The position numbers and the translations under genes were made by a program. From the NCBI GenBank assembly GCA_025930955.1, contig JAICNY010000001.1, positions 1 through 42,966 of the forward strand: 42,966 bases of DNA. Reading direction: 5' to 3'. This stretch comes from Thermoleophilia bacterium (GTDB lineage: Bacteria > Actinomycetota > Thermoleophilia > Gaiellales > Gaiellaceae). How positions within the stretch are numbered: position 1 is the first letter of the stretch; each line of letters starts with the position of its first letter. The notes below the pieces were generated by a model that did no database searches, was not told where the DNA came from, and was given only the letters and a program-made list of their open reading frames with translations. Positions 28,219 to 36,795 of the stretch are shown one piece after another.

Positions 28219-30166
28219 GGCCGAGCAGATCGCCGAGCGCCTCGAAGGAGGCCCGTGGCGCGGGCTCGAGCTGGCGCTCCTGCCGCCCGACGTCGCCGAC
28301 GACGAGGCGGTCGCGCGCGCCATCGACACCGTGCGACGAGGGACCGACGGGCACGAGCTCGCACTGACCGTCGAGGCGCCGGTCTCCTGGCCGAGCGGCG
28401 CGTTCGTCCGGGTCGACCGGCTGACGGAAGAGGCTCGCGCGTGCATCGAGCGCAGCGCTCGGTTCGCGGAGGCGATCGGCTCGCCGGTGCTCACGATCCA
28501 TCTCTACGCGCCGCTCGCTCCGGACGAGTTCCGCGCGGCACCGCCGCTCGACGAGGAGGCCGTGCATGAGTTCCTCCGCTTCTTCGCCGTCGCGTGCGAG
28601 GCGCGCGGTGTGACGCCGCTCGTCGAGAACGTCCCGCCCGTCCTGCGAATGCGCGTCGGCGGCGTCTTTCTCTCGCAGGTCGGCGGCCACTGGCGCGACC
28701 TCCGCCGTTGGCACGCACGCGTCCCGGAGCTCCGCTTCACCTTCGACACGTCGCACGCAGGGCTCTTCCGGACGTTCGCGGCCGCGTACCCGTCGCTCTT
28801 CGGGCTCGAGTCGGACGAGGAGCTCGACCTCGCCCGCTACGTCGAGGAGCTCGCGCCGTCGCTCGAGGTCGCGCACGTCTCGGACGCCCACGGCCTGGTC
28901 GGCGAGGGGCTCCCGCTCGGGGACGGCGAGCTCGACCTCGACCCCGTGATCCGCCGGCTCGGCGAGCTTTGCCGCTTCGTCGTCGCGGAGGTGAACGAGC
29001 CGGACCCGGCCCGCTCGCCGGCGATGAAGGATGGCTACCGCCGGATCGAGCAGGCGCTCGCCGCCGCCGCCGAGCCGCTCCCCCGCCCGCCGCGCCGGCT
29101 CCCGACCGGCGCGGCCGACTGGTCCCTCGTCCTCGGGCGGCGCGACCCGGTGCCCGCCCTGCTCGAGCTGCAGGAGCGCTTCGGCGGACGCCGCGTGCTC
29201 GTCACCGGCGGCGCGGGGTCGATCGGCCGTGCGCTCGCGTCCTTCCTGGGCGGCCTGCGGCCGGAGCGGATCACGCTCGTCGACACGCACGAGGCGGCAC
29301 TGACCGCCGACCGCCGCGCCCGTGAGCCGGTCGAGCCCGTCGCCCACGTCCTCTGCGACATCCGCGACGCGGGCCGCGTGGAGCGCGCCGTCGCCGAGGC
29401 CCGCCCGGACGTCGTCTTCCACCTCGCGGCGTACAAGCACGTTGACTGGGCCGAGCTCTACCCCGAGGAGTTCGTCGACACGAACCTCGCCGGGAGCTGG
29501 AACGTCCTCCGCGCCGCCGAGCGCGCGGGCGTCGACACGGTCGTCGTGGCCTCGACGGACAAGGCCGCCCTCGCCGCGAGCGTCTACGGGCGCACGAAGC
29601 GCTTCATGGAGCAGCTGACCGCGTTCGCCGCGCGCGAGGCGGGAGGCCGGCGGATCGCCGTGCGCTTCGTGAACGTGCTCGGCACGGCGGGCAGCGTATC
29701 GGAGCTGTTCCTCCGACAGGCCCGGGAGGGCATCCCGCTAACGGTGACGGACGCGGGGATGATCCGCTACTGGATCACGATGGCGCACGCGGCCACGCTC
29801 GCCGCCCACTCCGCGCTCCTGGCCCGCGAGGACGTTGCGCTCGCGACCGCCTCGGACGCCGTCACGCTCACGGTAGGCGACCTCGCCGAGCGGATCTGGC
29901 GCGCGGCCGGCCGGCGCGGCGCGGCGGCGGTCGACGTGGTGGGGATCCGGCCGGGCGAGACGATGAGCGAGGTGCTCGTCGGCCCGGGCGAGGAGCTCGG
30001 GACGGAGCGCTTCCAGGGCATCGCGCCGATCGAGGGAGACGTCCCGACGGCCGCCCCCGCGTGGGTGCTCGAGCGTCTCCCCGAGCGGGGGAGCCGCGAG
30101 GACGTCAGGGCCGTGTGGCTCGAGGCGCTCTCCCGCCCCGGCCTCCTCGCGCCCGCGACCCGGTAG
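28172..30166 (+). CDS. Fusion protein: N-terminal xylose-isomerase-like TIM-barrel (sugar-phosphate isomerase/epimerase family) plus C-terminal CapD/PglF/WbpM-type polysaccharide-biosynthesis 4,6-dehydratase domain
   Basis: The N-terminal half has VLTIHLYAP, PLVENVPP, FTFDTSHAG, VAHVSDAHG...GDGELD and FVVAEV. The C-terminal half has RVLVTGGAGSIGRAL, VVFHLAAYKHV, VVASTDKAALAASVYGRTKRFME and FVNVLGTAGSV. The start is uncertain because it overlaps the previous gene by 47 nt. Confidence 0.75.
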   Translation: MSAGSAAIPQLKAAPRAEQIAERLEGGPWRGLELALLPPDVADDEAVARAIDTVRRGTDGHELALTVEAPVSWPSGAFVRVDRLTEEARACIERSARFAEAIGSPVLTIHLYAPLAPDEFRAAPPLDEEAVHEFLRFFAVACEARGVTPLVENVPPVLRMRVGGVFLSQVGGHWRDLRRWHARVPELRFTFDTSHAGLFRTFAAAYPSLFGLESDEELDLARYVEELAPSLEVAHVSDAHGLVGEGLPLGDGELDLDPVIRRLGELCRFVVAEVNEPDPARSPAMKDGYRRIEQALAAAAEPLPRPPRRLPTGAADWSLVLGRRDPVPALLELQERFGGRRVLVTGGAGSIGRALASFLGGLRPERITLVDTHEAALTADRRAREPVEPVAHVLCDIRDAGRVERAVAEARPDVVFHLAAYKHVDWAELYPEEFVDTNLAGSWNVLRAAERAGVDTVVVASTDKAALAASVYGRTKRFMEQLTAFAAREAGGRRIAVRFVNVLGTAGSVSELFLRQAREGIPLTVTDAGMIRYWITMAHAATLAAHSALLAREDVALATASDAVTLTVGDLAERIWRAAGRRGAAAVDVVGIRPGETMSEVLVGPGEELGTERFQGIAPIEGDVPTAAPAWVLERLPERGSREDVRAVWLEALSRPGLLAPATR

Positions 30167-30210
30167 CCAAGTAACACTGTGCTACGTGCGCTCGGCCGGC
30201 CGGCGCGGCG

Positions 30211-30855
30211 CTACTTCGTGCCGAAGAGCCGGTCGCCGGCGTCGCCGAGCCCCGGCATGATGTAGCCGCGCTCGTTCAGCTGGCGGTCGATCGCCGCGAC
30301 GACGATCGAGACGTCCGGGTGCTCGTCCTGCATGTGCCGGACGCCCTCCGGCGCCGCGATGAGCGCGATGAGGCGCACGCTCGCCGCGCCCGCTTCCTTC
30401 ACGAGCCGCGTCGCGTACGCGGTCGAGTGGCCCGTCGCGAGCATCGGGTCGAGGAGGAGCACGTCGCGCGACGCGATGTCCTGCGGGAGCTTCACGTAGT
30501 ACTCGACCGGCTCGAGCGACTCCTCGTCGCGGTAGAGCCCGATGAAGCCGACGCGCGCGCCCGAGATGAGCGAGAGGACGCCGTCGAGCATCCCGATCCC
30601 GGCCCGGAGGATCGGGCAGACGGCGACCTTCTTGCCGGAGATGCGCTCGACGGTCGTCTCCTCGAGCGGCGTGCGGACGACCACCTCCTCCGTCGCCATG
30701 TCCTTCGTCGCCTCGTACGTGAGGAGCAGCGTGAGCTCGTCGACGAGCTGGCGGAAGAGCTGCGTCGGCGTCGACTCGTCCCGGAGCAGCCCGAGCTTGT
30801 GCCGGACGAGCGGGTGCGTGACCTCGACGACGGTGCCGGCCGCGAGGAGGCTCAT
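30211..30855 (-). CDS. upp: Uracil phosphoribosyltransferase
   Basis: [36 protein letters not shown] and [21 protein letters not shown] overlap with the glyA stop. Confidence 0.95.
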   Translation of the reverse strand: MSLLAAGTVVEVTHPLVRHKLGLLRDESTPTQLFRQLVDELTLLLTYEATKDMATEEVVVRTPLEETTVERISGKKVAVCPILRAGIGMLDGVLSLISGARVGFIGLYRDEESLEPVEYYVKLPQDIASRDVLLLDPMLATGHSTAYATRLVKEAGAASVRLIALIAAPEGVRHMQDEHPDVSIVVAAIDRQLNERGYIMPGLGDAGDRLFGTK

Positions 30856-32147
30856 CCGGTGGCGTACGTCGCGTAGCCGCGGAAGCCCGGGTACAGCGGA
30901 TGCCGCCGGCAGAGCTCCTCGCTGCGCGCGCGGAGCGCGCCGAGGTCGGCGTCGGCCGCGAGCGCCGCGGCGATGACCTCCCCCACCTCGTGCAGGTCGT
31001 CCTCGACGAACCCGCGCATCGTCACCGCCGGCGTCCCGAGCCGCAGCCCCGAGGCGACGGTGGGCGGCCGCTCGTCGAACGGCACCGTGTTCCGGTTCGC
31101 GGTGATCCCGACCTCGTCCAGCCGCTCCTCCGCATCGCGCCCCGTCCAGTCGCTCCGGCGCAGGTCGACCTGGACGAGGTGCGTGTCCGTCCCGCCGGTC
31201 AGGAGCTCGTGCCCGCGCTCGAGCAGCGTGTCGGCGAGCGCGTCCGCGTTCGCGCGGATCTGGCGCTGGTACGCGCGGAACCCCTCCGACATGGCGATCT
31301 TGAAGCAGGTCGCCTTCGCCGCGATCGTGTGCAGGAGCGGGCCGCCCTGCATCCCCGGGAACACCGCCTTGTCGACCGCCTCGGCGTGCTCCGCCTTGCA
31401 GAGGACGAGCCCGGCGCGCGGTCCCGCGAGCGTCTTGTGCGTCGTCGAGGTGACGAAGTCGCAGTGCGGCACGGGATTCGGGTGGAGCTCGGCCGCGACG
31501 AGCCCGGCGATGTGGGCCATGTCGCAGAGGAGCAGGGCCCCGATCTCGTCGGCGATCTCGCGGAACCGGTCGGCCTCGATCATCCGCGGGTAGGCGGAGG
31601 CGCCGCAGACGATGAGCTTCGGACGGCACTCCTTGGCGGTGCGGAGAACCTCGTCGAAGTCGACGAGGCCGGTGTCGCGGTCGACGCCGTACGTCGCGAC
31701 GTCGTAGAGCCGCCCGGAGAAGTTCACCTTGAGCCCGTGCGTGAGGTGCCCGCCGTGGTCGAGCCGCATGGCGAGGATCGTGTCGCCCGGCTGGAGCGTG
31801 GCGAAGTAGACCGCCATGTTCGTCTGCGCGCCCGCGTGCGGCTGGACGTTCGCGTGCTCGGCGCCGAAGAGCTCCTTCGCCCGGTCGATCGCGAGCTGCT
31901 CGATCTCGTCCGCGACCTCGCAACCGCCGTAGTAGCGCCGGCCCGGATAGCCCTCGGCGTACTTGTTCGTCGGGACGCTCGCCTGCGCCTCGAACACGGC
32001 CGGCCACGTGAAGTTCTCCGACGCGATCAGCTCGATCGTGGAGCGCTGGCGCTCGAGCTCGCGCCCGAGGAGCGCGGCGACGTCGCCGTCCAGCTCGTCG
32101 AGCCGCGCTTCGCGGAGGTGCTGCAACGTCTCCTCTGCGACCGCCAC
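30852..32147 (-). CDS. glyA: Serine hydroxymethyltransferase
   Basis: [38 protein letters not shown] and the PLP-Lys motif [17 protein letters not shown] start. Confidence 0.95.
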   Translation of the reverse strand: MAVAEETLQHLREARLDELDGDVAALLGRELERQRSTIELIASENFTWPAVFEAQASVPTNKYAEGYPGRRYYGGCEVADEIEQLAIDRAKELFGAEHANVQPHAGAQTNMAVYFATLQPGDTILAMRLDHGGHLTHGLKVNFSGRLYDVATYGVDRDTGLVDFDEVLRTAKECRPKLIVCGASAYPRMIEADRFREIADEIGALLLCDMAHIAGLVAAELHPNPVPHCDFVTSTTHKTLAGPRAGLVLCKAEHAEAVDKAVFPGMQGGPLLHTIAAKATCFKIAMSEGFRAYQRQIRANADALADTLLERGHELLTGGTDTHLVQVDLRRSDWTGRDAEERLDEVGITANRNTVPFDERPPTVASGLRLGTPAVTMRGFVEDDLHEVGEVIAAALAADADLGALRARSEELCRRHPLYPGFRGYATYATG

Positions 32148-32165
32148 GTCCGGAGCCTAGCGCGT

Positions 32166-32200
32166 GCCTCGAACGAGGGAGTCGCCTCCCCCGTTCGAGG
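32166..32200 (-). promoter_or_regulatory. Strong imperfect hairpin in the glyA 5' leader / divergent intergenic region
   Basis: CCTCGAACG-A-GGGAG-TCGC-CTCCC-C-CGTTCGAGG gives about 14 bp in total. It ends ~18 nt upstream of the glyA GTG, with no U-tract on either strand. The near-palindrome GGGAAATTCCCC is adjacent at 32198-32209. Confidence 0.35.
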
Positions 32201-32254
32201 GAAATTCCCCGTAACCCGGTTAGGGGATGCGGCGTTCAGGTAACGGAGGCCGCC

Positions 32255-32557
32255 ATGACACTCGAAACCGCATTTCCGCTCGCGATCGTCGCCCTCGCGG
32301 TGTTCCTGCCGCTCGGGCGCGAGTACGCGGCGTTCCGGCGCGAGTGGGGCGTCGGGCGGCTCGCCGCGCTCGGGACGGCGTTCTCGCTCTTCCCGGCGCT
32401 CGGCGTCGGCCTCGCCCTCTCGCAGCCGCTGGCCGCGACGCCGGCCGCGCAGTGGGCGGTGATCGTGGTCGTCACGATCCTCGCCTACTCGCTCGCCGTC
32501 GCCCTCCTGCGCCCGCGGCTCACTCCTGCCCGGGTCGAGACGCGGCGAGGGCGCTGA
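32255..32557 (+). CDS. Small hypothetical membrane protein (100 aa, ~3 TM)
   Basis: A GGAGG SD lies 6 nt upstream of the ATG, and the product has hydrophobic segments (FPLAIVALAVFLPL, LAALGTAFSLFPALGVGLAL, WAVIVVVTILAYSLAVALL). Its 3' end overlaps the convergent tsaC by 38 nt. Confidence 0.5.
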   Translation: MTLETAFPLAIVALAVFLPLGREYAAFRREWGVGRLAALGTAFSLFPALGVGLALSQPLAATPAAQWAVIVVVTILAYSLAVALLRPRLTPARVETRRGR

Positions 32558-33134
32558 GCGCCTCGGCGGCCGGCACGGCGCCCTCGCGTAGGACGGCAGG
32601 TTCCGGGCCGGTCAGGTCGAGCACCGTCGACGGCGTGCCGGGGAGCTCGCCCGCGTCGACGATCGCCGCCACCGCCTCGACGAGCTCGGGCGCGAGGTCC
32701 GCGACGCGGCGCGGGTCCGGCCCGCCGTGGAGGTTCGCGCTCGTCGCCGCGACGGCGCCGACACGCTCGACGACCGCGCGCGCTTCGTGCGGAAGGTCGG
32801 GCACGCGGACACCGATCGTGTCCGGGCGCGCGCCGCCGAGCCAGCGGAAGCGGCGCGCCGGGTTCGGCAGCACGAGCGTGTACGGGCCCGGCAGCAGCGC
32901 GCGGCACGCGACCGCAGCCTTCCCGCGGAGCTCCGGCACCGCGTCCAGGATCGTGTCGAGGTCGCCCGCAACGAGCGCGACGGGCATGCCCTCGGGCCGG
33001 CCCTTCAGCGTCCCGAGCCGCAGCGCGGGCGCCTCGCGGTAGGCGTCCGCGCAGAGGCCGTAAACCGTGTCCGTCGGGAGGACGACGGGCTTGCCGGCGC
33101 GCAGGCCGGCGACCGCGTCGTCGACGGCGCTCAC
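32520..33134 (-). CDS. tsaC: L-threonylcarbamoyladenylate synthase (YrdC-domain only, TsaC type)
   Basis: GTG start with a GTGA overlap onto the ABC ATPase stop. [43 protein letters not shown] and PSTVLDLTG. Confidence 0.85.
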   Translation of the reverse strand: MSAVDDAVAGLRAGKPVVLPTDTVYGLCADAYREAPALRLGTLKGRPEGMPVALVAGDLDTILDAVPELRGKAAVACRALLPGPYTLVLPNPARRFRWLGGARPDTIGVRVPDLPHEARAVVERVGAVAATSANLHGGPDPRRVADLAPELVEAVAAIVDAGELPGTPSTVLDLTGPEPAVLREGAVPAAEALSALAASRPGQE

Positions 33135-33898
33135 AGGACCTTCGAGAGGAACTCGCGCGTCCTCGGATGCTCCGGGCTCTCGAACACCCGCCGAGGCTCG
33201 CCCTCCTCGACGATCCGCCCCTCGTCCATGAAGACGAGCCGGCTGCCGACCTCGCGCGCGAACGCCATCTCGTGCGTGACGATCAGCATCGTCATCCCCT
33301 CCTGCGCGAGGTGCTTCATCACGTCGAGCACCTCCTGCACGAGCTCCGGGTCGAGCGCCGAGGTCACCTCGTCGAAGAGCATGAGGCGCGGCCGCATCGC
33401 GAGCGCGCGCGCGATCGCCACCCGCTGCTGCTGGCCGCCCGAAAGCTGACCGGGGTACGCGTCCGCCTTGTCGGCGAGGCCGACCGCCTCGAGCTGCGCG
33501 AGCGCCCGCTCGCGCGCCTCCTCCTCGCGGAGCTTCAGCACCTTGCGCAGGGCGAGCGTCACGTTCGCGACCACCTTCTTGTGCGGAAAGAGGTTGAACT
33601 GCTGGAAGACGATCCCGATGTGTGTCCGCGCCTCGTTCAGGTCGGCGCGGATGTCGGTCAGCTCGCGGCCCTCGAACCAGACACGCCCCTCGGTCGGCTC
33701 CTCCAGCAGGTTGATCGTCCGGAGGAGCGTCGACTTCCCCGAGCCGGACGGCCCGATCACGACGACGACCTCGCCCGGCGCGACGGAGAGGTCGACGTCC
33801 TTCAGGACGTAAAGGTCCTCGCCGAACCACTTCTGCACGTCCTCGAGGCGGACGAGCGAGCCGTCCTCGTTCAGCCGCTGGCCGTCGTCGCCGCTCAT
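33131..33898 (-). CDS. Polar amino-acid ABC transporter ATP-binding protein (GlnQ/HisP-like)
   Basis: [49 protein letters not shown] and [15 protein letters not shown] overlap with the permease stop. Confidence 0.92.
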   Translation of the reverse strand: MSGDDGQRLNEDGSLVRLEDVQKWFGEDLYVLKDVDLSVAPGEVVVVIGPSGSGKSTLLRTINLLEEPTEGRVWFEGRELTDIRADLNEARTHIGIVFQQFNLFPHKKVVANVTLALRKVLKLREEEARERALAQLEAVGLADKADAYPGQLSGGQQQRVAIARALAMRPRLMLFDEVTSALDPELVQEVLDVMKHLAQEGMTMLIVTHEMAFAREVGSRLVFMDEGRIVEEGEPRRVFESPEHPRTREFLSKVL

Positions 33899-35001
33899 GC
33901 GCCGATCCCCGTCAGGCCGCTCCGCAACCGCTTCTCGAGCCAGGTGACGAACCTGATCATCGGCAGCGTGATCGCGAGGTACCCCGCCGCCGCTGCGAGG
34001 AACGGCGTCGCGTTGAAGGTCTGGGCGTAGATGTCCCGGGCGGTCGAGAGCAGCTCCTGCTGGGAGAGCGTCAACCCGAGGATGACGACGAGCGACGTGT
34101 CTTTGATCAGGATGACGAACTCGTTCGTGAGCGGGGGGATCACGCGCCGGATCGCCTGCGGGAGGATGACGAGCCGGAGCGCGGTGAGGTAGCTCATCCC
34201 GAGCGAGCGGGCGGCCTCGAACTGGCTCCGCTCGATCGACTGGATCCCGGCGCGGAAGATCTCCGCGCAGTAGGCGCCGGCGTTCAGTCCGAAGACGAGG
34301 ATGGCGACCTGGTAGACGCCGACGCCGAGCTGGAGGCCGAGGACGATCCCGAAGAAGAAGAAGCTCAGCTGCCAGAGGAGCGGCGTCCCGCGGAAGAAGT
34401 TGATGTAAACCCGCGCCGGCGCGCGGACGACGCGGCGGCTCGACAGGGCCAGGATCGCGAGCACGAGCCCGAGCGCGATCCCGATCGCCTCGCCCGTGAG
34501 CGCGAGGATGACCGTGTTCCCGGCGGCGCGTATGAACCGCGACGTGAAGTCGCCGAGGAGCGCGAAGTCGAAGAACTGGCGCGAGAAGTTCTCGACGTCC
34601 CCGGCACGGAACCAGAGGAAGAGCGCGGCGATCGCGATCCCCTGGATGCCGAGGACCGCCCCCGCGACCGAGCCCTCGATCGCCGGCCGCGTCGGCGCGA
34701 TCCGCCGCCCGAGCAGGCCGAGCCCCACCCCGAGGACGCCGAGCGCGATCGTCCCGCCGAGCACGCCCAGCTCGGCGGCCGACGTGATCCCGGCGGCGAG
34801 CTCGGCGGGCGGCGTCCACCCGTAGCTCGTGAGTACCGCGACCGTCCCCGCGAAGAGGAGGACGAGCGAGCCCGCCCCGCAGGCGAGGGCCGCGATCGAG
34901 AGCGCGTTCTGCTCGGACGCGTGGTAGCGAAAGCCGCGCTCCGGCGGGCGGCGCTCGCCGTCGCCGGTCGTGCCGGGGAGGGCGCCGGCGCCCGCGGTCA
35001 C
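33895..35001 (-). CDS. Polar amino-acid ABC transporter permease (HisM/GlnP family) with an N-terminal extension of ~135 aa
   Basis: The core has [28 protein letters not shown] and [30 protein letters not shown]. The extension adds ~3 hydrophobic helices, and the start is uncertain. Confidence 0.85.
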   Translation of the reverse strand: MTAGAGALPGTTGDGERRPPERGFRYHASEQNALSIAALACGAGSLVLLFAGTVAVLTSYGWTPPAELAAGITSAAELGVLGGTIALGVLGVGLGLLGRRIAPTRPAIEGSVAGAVLGIQGIAIAALFLWFRAGDVENFSRQFFDFALLGDFTSRFIRAAGNTVILALTGEAIGIALGLVLAILALSSRRVVRAPARVYINFFRGTPLLWQLSFFFFGIVLGLQLGVGVYQVAILVFGLNAGAYCAEIFRAGIQSIERSQFEAARSLGMSYLTALRLVILPQAIRRVIPPLTNEFVILIKDTSLVVILGLTLSQQELLSTARDIYAQTFNATPFLAAAAGYLAITLPMIRFVTWLEKRLRSGLTGIGA

Positions 35002-35071
35002 CGACGCCCCCGCGGTTCGTCCCGAAGCGTGCCCACCGGCGGATTCTCCACGCTCGGCGCGCGCTTCGTCG

Positions 35072-35932
35072 TCAGGACCCGGATTCGATGATGTTCCCGC
35101 CCGGCGGGAGATCCTCGTACGAGTCGTAGATCGAGCTGTATGTCCCGTCCTCCATGATCTCGGCGAGCGCGCCGTTCATCGCCTCGAGGAGCGCCTCGTT
35201 CTGCGGGTTGACCGGGAAGCCGTACCGCTCGCCCGTGTCGATCGTCGCGACGACCTCGAGGGCCTCGCGGCGCTCCGCCTCGGTGACCGCGGACGGCTCG
35301 TCGAAGATGACCGCCGTCACGTTTCCCGCCTCGAGCGCGGTGTACGTGTCCGGGGCCTCCGGGAACGAGCGCACGTCCACGCCCTCGGGGACGTTCTCCT
35401 GCGCCCACGCCTCGCCCGTCGTGCCCTGCTGGACGGCCACGACGTCGCCCGAGCTCAGGTCCTCGACCGCCTGGAGATCCGGCGTTCGCGCCGTGTTCAC
35501 GGTGAGCGCCTGCTGGGCGAGGTAGTACGGGTCGGTGAAGTTCACGATCTGCTCGCGGTCCTCGGTGATCGTCGTCGCCGAGGCGACCGCGTCGAAGCGC
35601 CCGCCGGCGAGCTGCGTGAAGATCGTGTCGAAACCGGTGTCGACCCAGCGGACCTCCGAGAGGCCGAGCCGGCTCGCGATCGCCTCCATCAGCTCGACGT
35701 CGAAGCCGGTGAGCTCGTCGCCCTCGCGGAACTCGAAGGGCGGGAAGGGGATGTCCGACCCGACGGTCAGGACGCCCTCCTCGACCGTCTCGAAGGACGC
35801 CTCCTCGGTCGTCTCCATCGCGTCGGTGCCGTTCGTGGCCGCGCCGTCGTCGCCGTCGTCACCGCCACAGCCGACCAGGCCGAGCGCGACGAGCGCGAGG
35901 AGCAGCGCGAAGAGTCGTGTAAAGCGGGTCAT
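35072..35932 (-). CDS. Amino-acid ABC transporter substrate-binding lipoprotein (family 3)
   Basis: Lipobox LALVALGLVGCGGDD, then GSDIPFPPFEF, GFDVELMEAIASRLG and FDAVASATTITEDREQIVNFTDPYY. A good SD (AAGGGAGGGAG) is present. Confidence 0.9.
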   Translation of the reverse strand: MTRFTRLFALLLALVALGLVGCGGDDGDDGAATNGTDAMETTEEASFETVEEGVLTVGSDIPFPPFEFREGDELTGFDVELMEAIASRLGLSEVRWVDTGFDTIFTQLAGGRFDAVASATTITEDREQIVNFTDPYYLAQQALTVNTARTPDLQAVEDLSSGDVVAVQQGTTGEAWAQENVPEGVDVRSFPEAPDTYTALEAGNVTAVIFDEPSAVTEAERREALEVVATIDTGERYGFPVNPQNEALLEAMNGALAEIMEDGTYSSIYDSYEDLPPGGNIIESGS

Positions 35933-36795
35933 GGAACTGCTCCCTCCCTTGGGGATGTCATCCTGGTTTCCTCCACCTTACCCTCGGCTATTCGCGTCAA
36001 GCCCGTCAGGTCCGCGGTGACCCGCACCTCCACGTAGCCGAGCTGGTCGAGGAGCCCGACCGCCTCGCCCGCCTTGCCACCCCCCGTCTCGAGGACGAGC
36101 GCGCCCCCGGGCACGAGGACTTCGCGGGCGCCGGCGGCGATCGCCTCGGTGACTCCCTCGCCCACGAGCGCCTCGCGCGGCTCCCAGTCGCGCACCTCAG
36201 GCTCGAGCGTCGGAAGCTCCGACTCGGCCACGTACGGCGGGTTCGACACGACGAGGTCGAACGGGCCCGCGACGCCGGCGAAGAGGTCGCCCCGGACGAG
36301 CTCGACGCGGCCGGCGAGGCCCGTCCGCTCGGCGTTCTCCCGCGCGAGCGCGAGCGCGTCGACCGAGGCGTCGACGGCCGTGATCAGTGCGTCCGGTCGC
36401 TCGTCGGCGAGCGCGAGCGCGATCGCGCCGGAGCCGACGCCGACGTCGAGGATGCGCGGCTCGGCAGTCTCCGCGACGAGCGCGAGGCAGCGCTCGACGA
36501 GCACCTCGGTCTCGGGGCGCGGGATGAGCGCGCGCCGGTCGACGGTGAGCGTCAGCCGCCGGAAGCCCCACTCGCCGAGGATGTACTGGAGCGGCTCACG
36601 ACGTCGCCGGCGGGCGACGAGCTCCTCGAGCCGGGCGACGGCAACCGCGGACAGCTCCCCGTCCGGGACGAAGAGCGCCGAGCGCGGGACGCCGTGCACC
36701 TCGGCGACGAGGATCTCCGCATCGACGCGCGGGTCCAGCACGCCGGCCTCGGCCAGTGTCGCTGCGACGCGCGCGACCGCCTGCGGTGGTCTCAC
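35929..36795 (-). CDS. prmC: Release-factor glutamine N5-methyltransferase
   Basis: GTG start with a GTGA overlap onto the prfA stop. EPLQYILGEWGFRRL, LIPRPETE, ILDVGVGSGAIALALA and VSNPPYV. The last ~16 codons run through a lower-GC stretch carrying the next gene's SD. Confidence 0.9.
   Translation of the reverse strand: MRPPQAVARVAATLAEAGVLDPRVDAEILVAEVHGVPRSALFVPDGELSAVAVARLEELVARRRRREPLQYILGEWGFRRLTLTVDRRALIPRPETEVLVERCLALVAETAEPRILDVGVGSGAIALALADERPDALITAVDASVDALALARENAERTGLAGRVELVRGDLFAGVAGPFDLVVSNPPYVAESELPTLEPEVRDWEPREALVGEGVTEAIAAGAREVLVPGGALVLETGGGKAGEAVGLLDQLGYVEVRVTADLTGLTRIAEGKVEETRMTSPREGAVP

Noticed and set aside
30167-30210. Bidirectional terminator between the convergent TIM::CapD fusion and upp
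   Set aside because: Only a GCCGGCCGGC palindrome and weak partial pairings are present, with no convincing stem-loop or U-tract.
32148-32254. Known riboswitch (ZTP/pfl, THF, glycine) upstream of glyA
   Set aside because: I could not find the conserved cores I remember for these classes. It is reported only as an unclassified hairpin. An Infernal/Rfam scan is needed.
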